Translations under genes and position numbers: made by a program | The notes under the pieces: generated by a model | Told to the model about the DNA's origin: nothing | What the model saw: the letters and a program-made list of their open reading frames with translations, nothing else | Databases searched by the model: none | Part shown: piece by piece, positions 17,154 through 26,646 of the stretch | How the letters are laid out: every line of letters starts with the position of its first letter | How positions within the stretch are numbered: position 1 is the stretch's first letter | From: Clostridia bacterium | GTDB lineage: Bacteria; Bacillota; Clostridia; Oscillospirales; Acutalibacteraceae | NCBI GenBank assembly: GCA_017543285.1 | Contig: JAFYGK010000012.1 | Location: 1-64,000 of the forward strand | Direction of reading: 5' to 3' | DNA: 64,000 nucleotides

Positions 17154-19097
17154 CTATTCTGATAATTCCTTCTCATTCTGTTCGGCCTTTTCCAGCTCGC
17201 CGGAGATGCTTTCCCATTCCTCATACATTCCGTTCAACCGTGCCGTCTCATTTTCAAGCTGCCCGGTAGATTCCATGATGAGCTGATAGTCGGCGGCGTT
17301 TTCAGGGTCGGACAGCTTGTTCTGCAGTTCACCGATGAGCCGTTCGCTGTCGGATATACGGCTTTCCAGCCGCTTGAGCGCGCCGGACAGACGTACCGTC
17401 TCGCTGTGGGCCTCGCGGCGCAAAAGATAAAGATTTTGTTTCTGCGCCTTTCCGGCAGGTTTTTTCTCCTGCTTTTCTTCGGGCGCAATGCGTTCAAAAT
17501 GCTCGTTGAAATAATCATAATCGCCGTCGAAGTCAAGAAGCGCATGCGGCGTCATATAAAGAATCCTGTCGGCCAGTTTATTTATAAAATAGCGGTCGTG
17601 CGACACTATAAGCAGCGTGCCGGTGTAGTCCAGCAGCGCCTGCTCCAGCGCCTCGCGCGAGCGCAGATCGAGATGGTTGGTCGGCTCGTCGAGCATAAGG
17701 AAGTTGCAGCCGGACAGCATCAATTTTAAGAGCGCGACGCGCGCCTTTTCCCCGCCGCTTAAATCGCCGACGCGCTTGAAAACGTCGTCGCCTTTAAAAA
17801 GAAAAACGGCTAAAGCGCTGCGCACCTCGGTCTGGGTCATTTTGGGATAGCTGTCCCAGATCTCGCTTATAACGTCCTTGTTCTGATCAAGTCCGCTCAG
17901 ATCCTGATCGTAGTAGCCGATCGTCAGATTGGCTCCGCGCCCGATGTATCCCGAATCGGGGACGTAATCGCCCTTTATCAGCTTCATGAAGGTGGTCTTG
18001 CCGCAGCCGTTTTCACCCAGCAGAAAGACACGTTCGTTTTTCTGTATGACAGCCTCGGCGTTGTCGAAGATCATTTTGCCGCCGAAGCTCTTGGAAAGCT
18101 CGCGCACGGTAATCACATCAAAGCCGCTTTCGATTTTGACGGGGAAGGAAAACGAGATGCCGTCGGTAGGTCTGTCAGGCCTTACAAGGGTCTTTTTCAG
18201 GCGGTCTATCATCTTCTGCTTGCTTTCCGCCGTGCGTATGTTCCGCTCGCGGTTCCAGCGTTTTTGCTGTTCTATTATACCCTCGATGCGCTTTATTTCA
18301 CGCATGGTGTTTTCATAATGACGCGCCTGAATCTCTCTGTCCTTATCGCGGTTTTTGACATAGCCCGAATAGCTCTGATCGAACATGCGCAGGCGGCAGC
18401 CGTCCAGCTCGAAGGTACGGTTTGTGACGCGGTCCAGAAAATAGCGGTCATGCGAGATTACGATAAACGCGCCCTGATAATTTATCAGGTATTCCTCCAG
18501 CCAGCTGAGAGCCTTGATATCGAGATGGTTGGTCGGCTCGTCCAGGAGAAGCAGCGACGGTCTGCCCAGCAGCATTTTAAGCAGTGCGACCCTTGAGCGC
18601 TGTCCGCCCGAAAATGTGGAAAGCGGACGCTGCATGTCCTCCTCGGAAAAGCCCAGGCCCAAAATAGCGGCTTTTGTGCGGCTTCTGTATGTGAGACCGT
18701 CGTTTGAGGTGAATTTCTCCATCAGCGCATGCTGACGGGCTATCAGCTCATCGCGCCCGGAATAGCTGCCGGACAGTCTTTTGTTTATCTCTTCCAATTC
18801 CTTTTCGGTTTCAATAAGATCGCTGAACTGACCCAACGCTTCGTCGAGCAGGGTCTTTTTTTCGTCTAAGCTGATGTGCTGCTCTACATAGCTGTAGCTT
18901 ATGTTTTTGGAAAAATGCGCGCTGCCGTTGTCGGCCTGCAAAAGACCTGTGAGGATTTTGAAAAGGGTGGTCTTGCCGCTTCCGTTGACGCCGATCAGCC
19001 CTATTTTGTCGCGCTCTTCGACATGAAAGCTGACGTCGGTGAGGACCGGCTTTTCGTCGAAGCTCTTGCAGATTTGTGAGCAGCTTAAAATGACCAT
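17154..19097 (-). CDS. ABC-F family ATPase (tandem ABC domains, C-terminal coiled coil; Uup/EttA-like)
   Basis: Two Walker A/B plus LSGGE signatures, no TM domain, and an acidic coiled-coil tail. Confidence 0.85.
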   Translation of the reverse strand: MVILSCSQICKSFDEKPVLTDVSFHVEERDKIGLIGVNGSGKTTLFKILTGLLQADNGSAHFSKNISYSYVEQHISLDEKKTLLDEALGQFSDLIETEKELEEINKRLSGSYSGRDELIARQHALMEKFTSNDGLTYRSRTKAAILGLGFSEEDMQRPLSTFSGGQRSRVALLKMLLGRPSLLLLDEPTNHLDIKALSWLEEYLINYQGAFIVISHDRYFLDRVTNRTFELDGCRLRMFDQSYSGYVKNRDKDREIQARHYENTMREIKRIEGIIEQQKRWNRERNIRTAESKQKMIDRLKKTLVRPDRPTDGISFSFPVKIESGFDVITVRELSKSFGGKMIFDNAEAVIQKNERVFLLGENGCGKTTFMKLIKGDYVPDSGYIGRGANLTIGYYDQDLSGLDQNKDVISEIWDSYPKMTQTEVRSALAVFLFKGDDVFKRVGDLSGGEKARVALLKLMLSGCNFLMLDEPTNHLDLRSREALEQALLDYTGTLLIVSHDRYFINKLADRILYMTPHALLDFDGDYDYFNEHFERIAPEEKQEKKPAGKAQKQNLYLLRREAHSETVRLSGALKRLESRISDSERLIGELQNKLSDPENAADYQLIMESTGQLENETARLNGMYEEWESISGELEKAEQNEKELSE

Positions 19098-19154
19098 GGC
19101 GGAGTTGATTCCTTTCGGAGGTTTGGTAAGAGAATAATACTATCGCAAAAATAT

Positions 19155-19183
19155 ATTATACCTGTTATTTCGGGATATGTCAA
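19155..19183 (-). promoter_or_regulatory. Consensus sigma-A promoter (TTGACA-N17-TATAAT) for the ABC-F gene
   Basis: The minus strand reads TTGACAtatcccgaaataacaggTATAAT. The TSS is about 50 nt upstream of the start codon. Confidence 0.5.
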
Positions 19184-19216
19184 AAAAGCAGAACGGACAT
19201 TTAATCCGTTCTGCTG
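19184..19216 (-). terminator. Rho-independent terminator downstream of the XRE gene
   Basis: Minus-strand hairpin gcagaacgga/tccgttctgc followed by TTTTTT. Confidence 0.45.
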
Positions 19217-19226
19217 AAGATGTTTT

Positions 19227-19514
19227 TCATTCGCTTATCTTAACGCACAGGTCGATAATCTGCTCGATGCTCTGCAATTTATCAGGCGCGGCCGATCTGA
19301 GCTTTTCTGCGATAGCCGAAATGTCGCGGTCGCTGCGCTCGCCCGTGAGGATATAGTCGCTGCTGACATTCAGGCAGCGGCACAGGCTTAAAAGATTTTC
19401 GGGACGGATAGCGTTTTTGCCTGTTCCGATCATAGTTGCTGAATAATTCACCCCGGCATATTCCCATAATCCTCCGGCAATAATAACCATATCCATCTTT
19501 CGGAGGTGCCGCAT
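19227..19514 (-). CDS. XRE-family HTH transcriptional regulator
   Basis: HTH_XRE-like segment (YSATMIGTGKNAIRPENLLSLCRCLNVSSDYIL). The true start is probably internal. Confidence 0.55.
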   Translation of the reverse strand: MRHLRKMDMVIIAGGLWEYAGVNYSATMIGTGKNAIRPENLLSLCRCLNVSSDYILTGERSDRDISAIAEKLRSAAPDKLQSIEQIIDLCVKISE

Positions 19515-20593
19515 TGCGCAGGGATAAAATATCTTCGTTCTCGCTGCTTGCTCTGCTGTTTATCAGCAGGCTCATGTCCCGGCTGATTTATATCCCGCCG
19601 CGCGCAGGACCCGGAGGCGGTTGGGATGAAATATTGCTGACGATCGTTTCCTTTGCCGCTAACGCTCTTTTGTTTTTGCCTGCTCTTTTTCTTGAAAAAT
19701 CGGGCGGCGGAGTGATACGCAGCGCGAAAAGCCCTGCCGCCAGGCGGCTTTCCGCCTCGTTTTACGCGGTCTTATTTGTTTTTGCCGCCGTGCAGACGAT
19801 CGCGCGTTTCGACTTTTTCGCCACGCTGAGCATGTCTTCGCGGCCGCTGGCCATACCCTTTTCCCTGCTGCTCAGCGCCGCGGCCTGCTATGCCGCCCTG
19901 CTGGGGCTGACAGCGCTTTCGCGGGCAGGCTGCGTCATCGGCTTTCTCATGGCGTTATCATTGACTGCTCTGTCGGCTGCTCTGTGGCAGAAATACGATG
20001 TGCTTTCCATGGAGCCGCCTTTTTCTTATTCTGCCGGAGAAATGTCGGACAATCTGATCCATTCATCGTTTTTAATGCCGGAAACGGCGGTTGCCGCCGT
20101 GCTTTCCGACAGCACGAGGGGCGGTGTCGGCAAAAAATACTTTGCATTTCTGGCGTTTTCCGCAGCCGCAGTATGTGCGGTCGCCTTCATCCCCGCGGCG
20201 GTTTTCGGGCAGGCGGCGGATACCCGCCTTTTTGCCCTTTTCCAGTGCGCCACGGTTGCCGATTTCGGCTCGCTCGGACGGCTGGATCCGATCATTGTCA
20301 GCCTGTGGATAGGCGGCGCCTTCGTAAAAGCGTCGCTCTTTCTTGCGTCGGCGGTCATAAGCGTACGGCAGGCGAACGGCAATGTGAAAAAAAGGCCGGC
20401 AGCAGTTTTTTTCGCCGCGGTCACGGCGTTTGCCGCGTGGCGTCTTTCGCGGGACATCGGACTTGTATCCTCGCCTGCGCTAAACGTAATCGAGCAGGTA
20501 TTGACCGGCATATGCGCGGCAGCTGTACCGCTTGCGGCGCTGATTCGTGTACAAAAAAGGAAAAAACAGAGGGAGGCCGGACCGGAGACATGA
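19514..20593 (+). CDS. Spore germination protein, GerAB-like integral membrane subunit (tentative)
   Basis: Polytopic, Ala/Leu-rich membrane protein. Its stop overlaps the start of a Ger(x)C gene (ATGA). Start uncertain. Confidence 0.45.
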   Translation: MRRDKISSFSLLALLFISRLMSRLIYIPPRAGPGGGWDEILLTIVSFAANALLFLPALFLEKSGGGVIRSAKSPAARRLSASFYAVLFVFAAVQTIARFDFFATLSMSSRPLAIPFSLLLSAAACYAALLGLTALSRAGCVIGFLMALSLTALSAALWQKYDVLSMEPPFSYSAGEMSDNLIHSSFLMPETAVAAVLSDSTRGGVGKKYFAFLAFSAAAVCAVAFIPAAVFGQAADTRLFALFQCATVADFGSLGRLDPIIVSLWIGGAFVKASLFLASAVISVRQANGNVKKRPAAVFFAAVTAFAAWRLSRDIGLVSSPALNVIEQVLTGICAAAVPLAALIRVQKRKKQREAGPET

Positions 20594-21720
20594 AAGATAA
20601 AAAAACCGTGAAGGGATTTTTCATTGCGCTTCTCTGCTGCCTTTTTTTCGCCGGCTGCTCCGGCTCCGGCAAAATTACCGGCAGCGAGCTTTACGCCGAG
20701 AGCGTCGGCATAGATTATGAGGACGGCGGTTTTGTCTGCACCGTTCAGGTTTTTGATCCGGATACCGGCGCCGTTACCTATCAGGAACAGCAGGAGTCAA
20801 TGACAACTGTCATAGGAGCCGCGGGCGATTCTGTCGCCGGCGCGCTCTCTCAAATACCGCAGAAGCTGAGCCGGCGCGTTTTCTATTCGCAGAACAAGGT
20901 CATCGTTTTGGGACAGAGCGCGCTGAGTGTGCCGGAGCAGTCGCTTGACTTCTTTTTGCGGGACTGGGAAAGCGGTCTCAACACAAGGCTGATGATTGCC
21001 GACGGCGACGCCGCGACCATAATAAACGCGGACTTCGGCGGCGTCGTCAACCCCTCCGAGCGGCTGCGTCTTGCGGCGGAGGGCGAACGGACAGGCGGCT
21101 CAAGCGGCATATGCACGCTGCTGGATATTGTCAAGGCGTCGGCTGACGATACGCTGGGACTGGCGATACCGGTAATGAGACTGCAAAACAGGGGCGAGGA
21201 CAACGAGCATCTCGAGTGCGTGTCGTCGCTGCTGTTCGCCGGCTTAAGGCCGGTCGGGGAGCTTACGGCCGAGCAGTCCCAGACCCTTCTCATGCTTAGG
21301 AACAGGGCGAGCTCGGTTGAGATTTCGCTTGGCGGCACAGAACAGACCGCTGTCGAGCTGACAAAAATAAAGACCGTCACAGATGTGTCGGTCGAATACG
21401 CAGACGAAGGCCCGGCCGTGATCTGCCGGCTTGACATATCGGCAAAAGGCGCGGTTACCCAATCGGCCTCTCACGCCGAAATCGACAGGATCGGGAGTCT
21501 GATCACGGCTCAGCTTGAAAAAAGGGCGAGACAAACGGCTGAAAGCGCGGCGAAATACGGATGCGACCTTTTCAAAATAGCACAGAGACTTCGATACGCC
21601 GATAAGAATTATTACCGCGCCGTCAGAAAAAACTGGAAAGGCGAACTGAGCAGGGTACGGTTTGTCATCAGAGCGGATTGCGTAATAACAAAAACAGGGG
21701 ACAAGACGCTGCGCATGTAA
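20590..21720 (+). CDS. Spore germination lipoprotein, Ger(x)C family
   Basis: Lipobox (LLCCLFFAGCSG), with N- and C-terminal regions typical of GerAC-like proteins. Start taken at the ATG overlapping the upstream stop. Confidence 0.65.
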   Translation: MKDKKTVKGFFIALLCCLFFAGCSGSGKITGSELYAESVGIDYEDGGFVCTVQVFDPDTGAVTYQEQQESMTTVIGAAGDSVAGALSQIPQKLSRRVFYSQNKVIVLGQSALSVPEQSLDFFLRDWESGLNTRLMIADGDAATIINADFGGVVNPSERLRLAAEGERTGGSSGICTLLDIVKASADDTLGLAIPVMRLQNRGEDNEHLECVSSLLFAGLRPVGELTAEQSQTLLMLRNRASSVEISLGGTEQTAVELTKIKTVTDVSVEYADEGPAVICRLDISAKGAVTQSASHAEIDRIGSLITAQLEKRARQTAESAAKYGCDLFKIAQRLRYADKNYYRAVRKNWKGELSRVRFVIRADCVITKTGDKTLRM

Positions 21721-21744
21721 ACGCGGCGTCCTGTCCTTTTCAGG

Positions 21745-22494
21745 CTATTGTGCTTCGCTGCCGCTGCGATCTTCATCGGCATCGGCGCATATCTCCACGC
21801 AGAAGCCTCTGTGTCCGCATTTTGTGCAGGTCAGTTTTCTTGTTTTCGGCGTATGCGGCGCGAAAAACATCTGCCTGAAGGTCGGCCTGAATACCTCATG
21901 GCACTGCGGGCATATATAGGATACCTTTTTATAGTAATAAACCGATAGCCATACGCAGCAGGGGATCGCTATCGCCGCCCAGACGATGAGCGGCCACCAT
22001 ATGCCCTTGACGATGAGCAGGATTATCGCCGTCCACTGGATAAGGCCCACAGGAATACCGATGAGCAGCATTGCGGCGTGCAGCCTTTTGAGACCGTTTT
22101 TGTTTTTCATGACCAACGCTATGTCGCCTATGGATTCAACGGAAAAATCGCCGACAGCCTTCAGCTCCCGTCTGAGCCGCTCCAGAGAGTCCAGCTTTTT
22201 CCGACGGTCGTCCATTTCGCTTCTGAGAGTCTGAACCTGCTGATCGAGCAAAAGGGATATGACTCTTTCGGGGCTTTCCTCATTCAAAAGCTGACCGATG
22301 CTCTTTATTGGCAGGCCCAGATCGCGGAGAAAACAGATTATCTTCATCCGGCTCAGATCGTCCTCGGAATAAAGCCGTCTGCCTCCTTCGCTCAGTCCGC
22401 TCGGGACCAATATGCCTCTCGAATCGTAATACTGCACCGTCCTGACCGATACTCCGCACAGCTTTGCGATCTCTCCAGTTGTATATTTCGGCAT
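21745..22494 (-). CDS. MerR-family transcriptional regulator fused to a 2-TM membrane domain and C-terminal zinc ribbon
   Basis: N-terminal MerR HTH (YTTGEIAKLCGVSVRTVQYYDSRGIL), a coiled coil, two TM helices, then CPQC...CTKCG. Confidence 0.7.
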   Translation of the reverse strand: MPKYTTGEIAKLCGVSVRTVQYYDSRGILVPSGLSEGGRRLYSEDDLSRMKIICFLRDLGLPIKSIGQLLNEESPERVISLLLDQQVQTLRSEMDDRRKKLDSLERLRRELKAVGDFSVESIGDIALVMKNKNGLKRLHAAMLLIGIPVGLIQWTAIILLIVKGIWWPLIVWAAIAIPCCVWLSVYYYKKVSYICPQCHEVFRPTFRQMFFAPHTPKTRKLTCTKCGHRGFCVEICADADEDRSGSEAQ

Positions 22495-22780
22495 AGCCTT
22501 CGCCTCCTTTGGCCGCAGTATACATCATAACGCAGCGTAATGAGCAATACCCTGCGCGGTAGAATACTACTATTATACATGAAAACGCCGCGTTATTTCA
22601 ACGCGGCGTCCTGCGGTCGTCGACCTTCATACCAAAGGAGAGAATTGATAAAGAAAAAAGTGATATGCAAATAATTCGGATGTCAGGTAAAAGGTGAACG
22701 TGTCGGGGAGAAAAGATCTCAGACCGCCTTGCTTAATTGAGCTGCTTTATTCTTTCGGGAAAATCGTTGTGTGCTGATAA

Positions 22781-24787
22781 TCAGACGCTTTTGAGGTTGC
22801 CGCCGTCGGTGCTGTCGGCGGCGCTTTCTTCGGAGGGCGCTTCATTCGGCTTTTGCGGACGCTGACCGCCCTTGCCTCCTTTAAAGGGTCTCTGCATGCC
22901 TCCCATGTCGGGAGTCTGGCCGTCCGGAGGAGTCTGGCCGTCCGGAGGAGTCTGGCCGTCCGGAGGAGTCTGGCCGTCCGGAGGAGTCTGGCCGATCATA
23001 CGGGGGTCTCCCTGCTGGCCTCCCATGCCGGAACCCCCGCGCATGCCGCCCATTCCCATGCCGCCGCCGTTTCCGTAGATAAGGCTGTCCATGGTGATGT
23101 CCGCGCTGTAGCTGCCCGCAGTCAGCTTATAGGTTTCGCCCTGCTTTATTTCGGGGCTGCTGATGACGACCGAGTCAAAGTTCTTTGCGGATGTGACCGA
23201 GATTATCTCGCTGCCGTTCGAATCGGTGAGCGTGATCCTGCTTCCTGCCTGCTGAGAGCCTGTCGATACAAGCATGGAGCCCTGCGTGGAGGATGAGCCG
23301 AAATTCTGCGCCATGCCGGAGGGGCCTATGGCTATAACTGTACCGCCTGTTACGGTCGCCTCGCCGTTGTAATCGAGAGCGCCGTTGCCGTTGTTGGTCG
23401 GACCGTTGACTACGGTGACGCCGCCCGATATCTTCAGGCTGCCGTTGGAATCCAGACCGTCGCCGTTTGCGTCTATATAGATTTCGCCGCCTGAAATGCT
23501 GACGTAAGCGTTGCTGTCGTTTGCGAACATATCGCCGCCGAAGCCGCCGCCGAAGCCGCTCTGGTCTTTGCCTCCTGCCGCGTTAAATCCGTCGTCTGAG
23601 GCCTTCAGACTGATGCTGCCGCCGGAAACATCTATGGTCTGACCCTCCATGCCTTCATAGCTGGTGGAAATGTTTATGCTTCCGGAGGAAACGGACAGAT
23701 TGGAATTGGCGTGTATGCCGTCGTCTCCGCTGGCTATTTCAAGGGCTGCGCCGCTTACTGTTATATTGGAATCGGAGTGAATCGCGTCGTCGGAGGAATT
23801 AATATTGAAGCTGCCGCTCACAAGAGTTATGTCGCCGTCCGCCTTGACGCCCTTTGCGCTTTCGTCGGAGCCTGTTCCGGCGCTGCTGCCGTTACCGGAC
23901 AGGATGCTGAACTGACCGCCTTCGGTCAGGACATATCCGCTCGCGGACATTCCGTCGCCGGCGCTGGTTATATCAAAGCTGCCGCCCGAGGTAAAAATGA
24001 AGCCGAGAGAGGAATCGTCGGCGTTTTCGGCGTGTACGCCGTCCTTGCCGGCGCTGAGGTTAAAGCTTCCGCCTGCAACCCTTATGCTGTCGTTTGCCGA
24101 TAACGCGTGATTTGCCGCGGTTATATCATAGGTTCCGCCGGTTACCGTCAGGTCGTCCTTGCAGACAATACCGTGTCCTCCCGGGGAATTGATCGAAAGG
24201 CTGCCGCTTCCGTTGATGGTGAGATCGTCCTTGGAGAAGATGACCGAATCTATGTTGTTTTCGTCTATTGCCGTATAGGAGCCGGAATTTGTCAGGGTGT
24301 TTGTTGTTCCCTCGGCAAGAGTGATGAATACCTTGTCGGCCTGCTTTACATATATCGCCGCTGAGCTGCCCGAGTTGATAGTGACTCCGTTGAGCACGAT
24401 CTGCGGTTTTTCCGCCTTGTCGACGTCAACTATTATCATGCCGTCATCCAGCGTGCCGGAGATGATGTACACGCCGGTCTGAGTTATCGTTACCGTGCCT
24501 CCGGATACCACGACAGTTTCGTCATCGCATTGCGCCGTTGAGCCGGCAAGGGTTATCGCGGTGGCCGACGACGCGTCATATCCTATTTCAAAATCCCTGT
24601 CGGTGAACATATCCTTTGCGCTGGAAGCGACGTTTATGTCTGACGTCTGCGCGGTTGAGCCGGATACGGCAGCCGGGTCGCCTGCAGAGTTTACGGTGCC
24701 GCCGCCTTTTGCCGCCGCGCAGGATGAAAAGAGCATGGCTGATATTACTATCAGGATTACGGATATTGTCAGAATGGATTTTTTCAT
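22781..24787 (-). CDS. Secreted beta-helix protein, Cthe_2159-like carbohydrate-binding family (tentative), with G/M-rich and (DGQTPP)n C-terminal tail
   Basis: Signal peptide/lipobox (LFSSCAAA), then ~550 aa of repetitive GS/GG/T-rich beta-helix-like repeats, then a low-complexity tail. Confidence 0.5.
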   Translation of the reverse strand: MKKSILTISVILIVISAMLFSSCAAAKGGGTVNSAGDPAAVSGSTAQTSDINVASSAKDMFTDRDFEIGYDASSATAITLAGSTAQCDDETVVVSGGTVTITQTGVYIISGTLDDGMIIVDVDKAEKPQIVLNGVTINSGSSAAIYVKQADKVFITLAEGTTNTLTNSGSYTAIDENNIDSVIFSKDDLTINGSGSLSINSPGGHGIVCKDDLTVTGGTYDITAANHALSANDSIRVAGGSFNLSAGKDGVHAENADDSSLGFIFTSGGSFDITSAGDGMSASGYVLTEGGQFSILSGNGSSAGTGSDESAKGVKADGDITLVSGSFNINSSDDAIHSDSNITVSGAALEIASGDDGIHANSNLSVSSGSINISTSYEGMEGQTIDVSGGSISLKASDDGFNAAGGKDQSGFGGGFGGDMFANDSNAYVSISGGEIYIDANGDGLDSNGSLKISGGVTVVNGPTNNGNGALDYNGEATVTGGTVIAIGPSGMAQNFGSSSTQGSMLVSTGSQQAGSRITLTDSNGSEIISVTSAKNFDSVVISSPEIKQGETYKLTAGSYSADITMDSLIYGNGGGMGMGGMRGGSGMGGQQGDPRMIGQTPPDGQTPPDGQTPPDGQTPPDGQTPDMGGMQRPFKGGKGGQRPQKPNEAPSEESAADSTDGGNLKSV
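22911..23000. repeat. Tandem 18 nt repeat (ggagtctggccgtccgga x4 exact + 1 degenerate) encoding (DGQTPP)n
   Basis: Exact head-to-tail copies seen directly in the sequence. Confidence 0.8.
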
Positions 24788-24988
24788 TTGTATTTGCCTC
24801 CTTTTACGGCATTATCTATGTTAATAATTGATTGGTTATGTTGTGAGAAGGGAGAAGAGAGAAGAGATTGCTTTGGCGTTGTGAGAAAGGGGAATGTGAG
24901 AAAGGGGGATAAAAAGAGAATCAGGGGGGATGAGAAAAGGGAAAAAGAGAATATATGAATTTTTTCTTTTGCTGTCGGGAGGCGGATT

Positions 24989-25684
24989 TTACAGCTCGGC
25001 GACTGCCGTCTGCTGGTTGGATATGCTTATCTCAAGATTGCCGTTGCGGCATCTGAGCTGGTCGATGAACTGTTTTTCCTTTGCGGCTTCGCGCAGGGTT
25101 ATATCATATGTCAGTCTGAAAAGACTTCCCATGTTGGTTGTTCTTACCTGCGTCAGTTCATATGAGGACGTGTAATCGCCCAGCAGATCGTCAAACACTT
25201 CGGTGTAGTCAAGGTCTTCGGGTATTGTAATGTGCAGCGTTTTGTAAATGCCCCTGTTTCTTCGCGCGCCCAGATCGAGCCTGCTGCATATCATGATTAT
25301 CGCACAGAGTATCAGGGTGAAGAGCAAAGCGTATGCAAGATATCCCATGCCGGCGATAAGGCCGGCTCCCATCGCGAGGAACAGCACGCTTATTTCCTTC
25401 GCCGTTCCCGCTGCCGAACGGAACCGGACGAGGCTGAATGCTCCCGCGACCGCGACGCCCGCGCCGATGTTTCCGTTGACCATCATTATCACTACGCACA
25501 CGACCGCCGGAAGCAGCACAAGGGTTGCGACAAAGCTTTTCGTGTAACGGTTGCGGTACATATAGGCCAGTGCGATTATCAGTCCTATTGCCAGCGCCGA
25601 GCCGACGCATATGAGAAAGTTTGTGACCGGGATCACGGACGTCGTCGAAGTGTCGAACAATCCTTTAAATATATTTTCAAGCAT
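24989..25684 (-). CDS. DUF4956 domain membrane protein
   Basis: An N-terminal multi-TM region and a C-terminal soluble domain typical of DUF4956. It overlaps the upstream VTC gene by 8 nt. Confidence 0.65.
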   Translation of the reverse strand: MLENIFKGLFDTSTTSVIPVTNFLICVGSALAIGLIIALAYMYRNRYTKSFVATLVLLPAVVCVVIMMVNGNIGAGVAVAGAFSLVRFRSAAGTAKEISVLFLAMGAGLIAGMGYLAYALLFTLILCAIIMICSRLDLGARRNRGIYKTLHITIPEDLDYTEVFDDLLGDYTSSYELTQVRTTNMGSLFRLTYDITLREAAKEKQFIDQLRCRNGNLEISISNQQTAVAEL

Positions 25685-26417
25685 AGAGCAGTACCTCCTC
25701 GTTATTATTCAGCATCATGTCCTGATATGCGGCTCCGTATTTGGAGAACGATGTTTTGTAAAGATTGTTTTGTGTGAGGAACCTTGTCAGCCACAGGGGC
25801 ATCGAACCGGATGATTTTATTTCAAGCAACGAGAAGCCGGGCTTCAGGATCCGATTTCCCCAGGGCTCCTTTGCCAGCGACATCTCCGCGCTGCGGTGGA
25901 GAATGTTTTCGTCGAAGGTCAGCCTCAGATCGCTCCGGTCGTCCGCGAAGAAGGCCTCCCGCTCATAAGTGATGAAGGCGGTCGGACGCAGAGTCTGATA
26001 AAAGCTCATAAAATAATTTATTTCGTTTGCAATCTGTCTGTCTTCGTAGCCGCCGAGCGTTTGAGTGTCTACCTGCCCCGCTCTGCACAGGCTGTACATT
26101 GCCTGCGAATGGGGCAGTGCCAGACGGCGTTTGTAGACCACCGACTGGTACTTTTTCTTCAGCTCGACAAAAACGGTGTCGTCGTCCGATGAGGTTTTGT
26201 AGCTGCGTACCCTCAGCTTTTCCTTATAGGCGGGTCTTTCAAGCGAATTACGGATCAACCGGTAATTTTCCGTATCGAAGTAGATATTCCTTACCGTTGA
26301 GCGTCCGAACTCATCGGGCCTGACATATTGTCCGGAGAGCTTTATAAGCTGCTCCTTCTGTTTTAACGTGAGAATATATTTCAATTCATATCTTTTGAAT
26401 ATCGTTGTGAAGATCAT
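25677..26417 (-). CDS. VTC domain (polyphosphate polymerase-like) protein
   Basis: 246 aa with VTC-family conserved blocks (RYELKYIL..., RNIYFDT, LRVRSY, FVELKKK). Confidence 0.65.
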   Translation of the reverse strand: MIFTTIFKRYELKYILTLKQKEQLIKLSGQYVRPDEFGRSTVRNIYFDTENYRLIRNSLERPAYKEKLRVRSYKTSSDDDTVFVELKKKYQSVVYKRRLALPHSQAMYSLCRAGQVDTQTLGGYEDRQIANEINYFMSFYQTLRPTAFITYEREAFFADDRSDLRLTFDENILHRSAEMSLAKEPWGNRILKPGFSLLEIKSSGSMPLWLTRFLTQNNLYKTSFSKYGAAYQDMMLNNNEEVLLYA

Positions 26418-26646
26418 GTATTATCGCCTCCTGTGACTACAATGATAAACGGTCAAACATAAATGAACCTTAAAGGAACCGAAGTTTTTTGAAAAATATT
26501 TGCGGACGTTTTTCGTGCCGCGCCTGGTTTTATGATATAATTAAGGTATGATATTGATTATTTAAGCTCCAGTTAAAGTATAAGCGTTAATATTGATATA
26601 AACAAATACGACGCGCCGTTATCAGCGCGGAAAAGGAGGGGCCGCA

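Noticed and set aside
19984-20589. 578 aa ORF that fuses an Arg/Cys-rich N-terminus to the Ger(x)C protein
   Set aside because: It is an alternative-frame read-through of the GerAB-like gene with biased Arg/Cys/Gly composition. The genuine lipoprotein signal peptide starts at 20590.
21711-22610. Shared 14-mer aacgcggcgtcctg at about 21720 and about 22597
   Set aside because: Several exact 14-mer coincidences are expected by chance in 64 kb of GC-rich DNA. There is no flanking similarity.
22911-23000. CRISPR-like short direct repeats
   Set aside because: The 18 nt units are contiguous with no spacers, lie in-frame within a CDS, and encode (DGQTPP)n. No cas genes are present.
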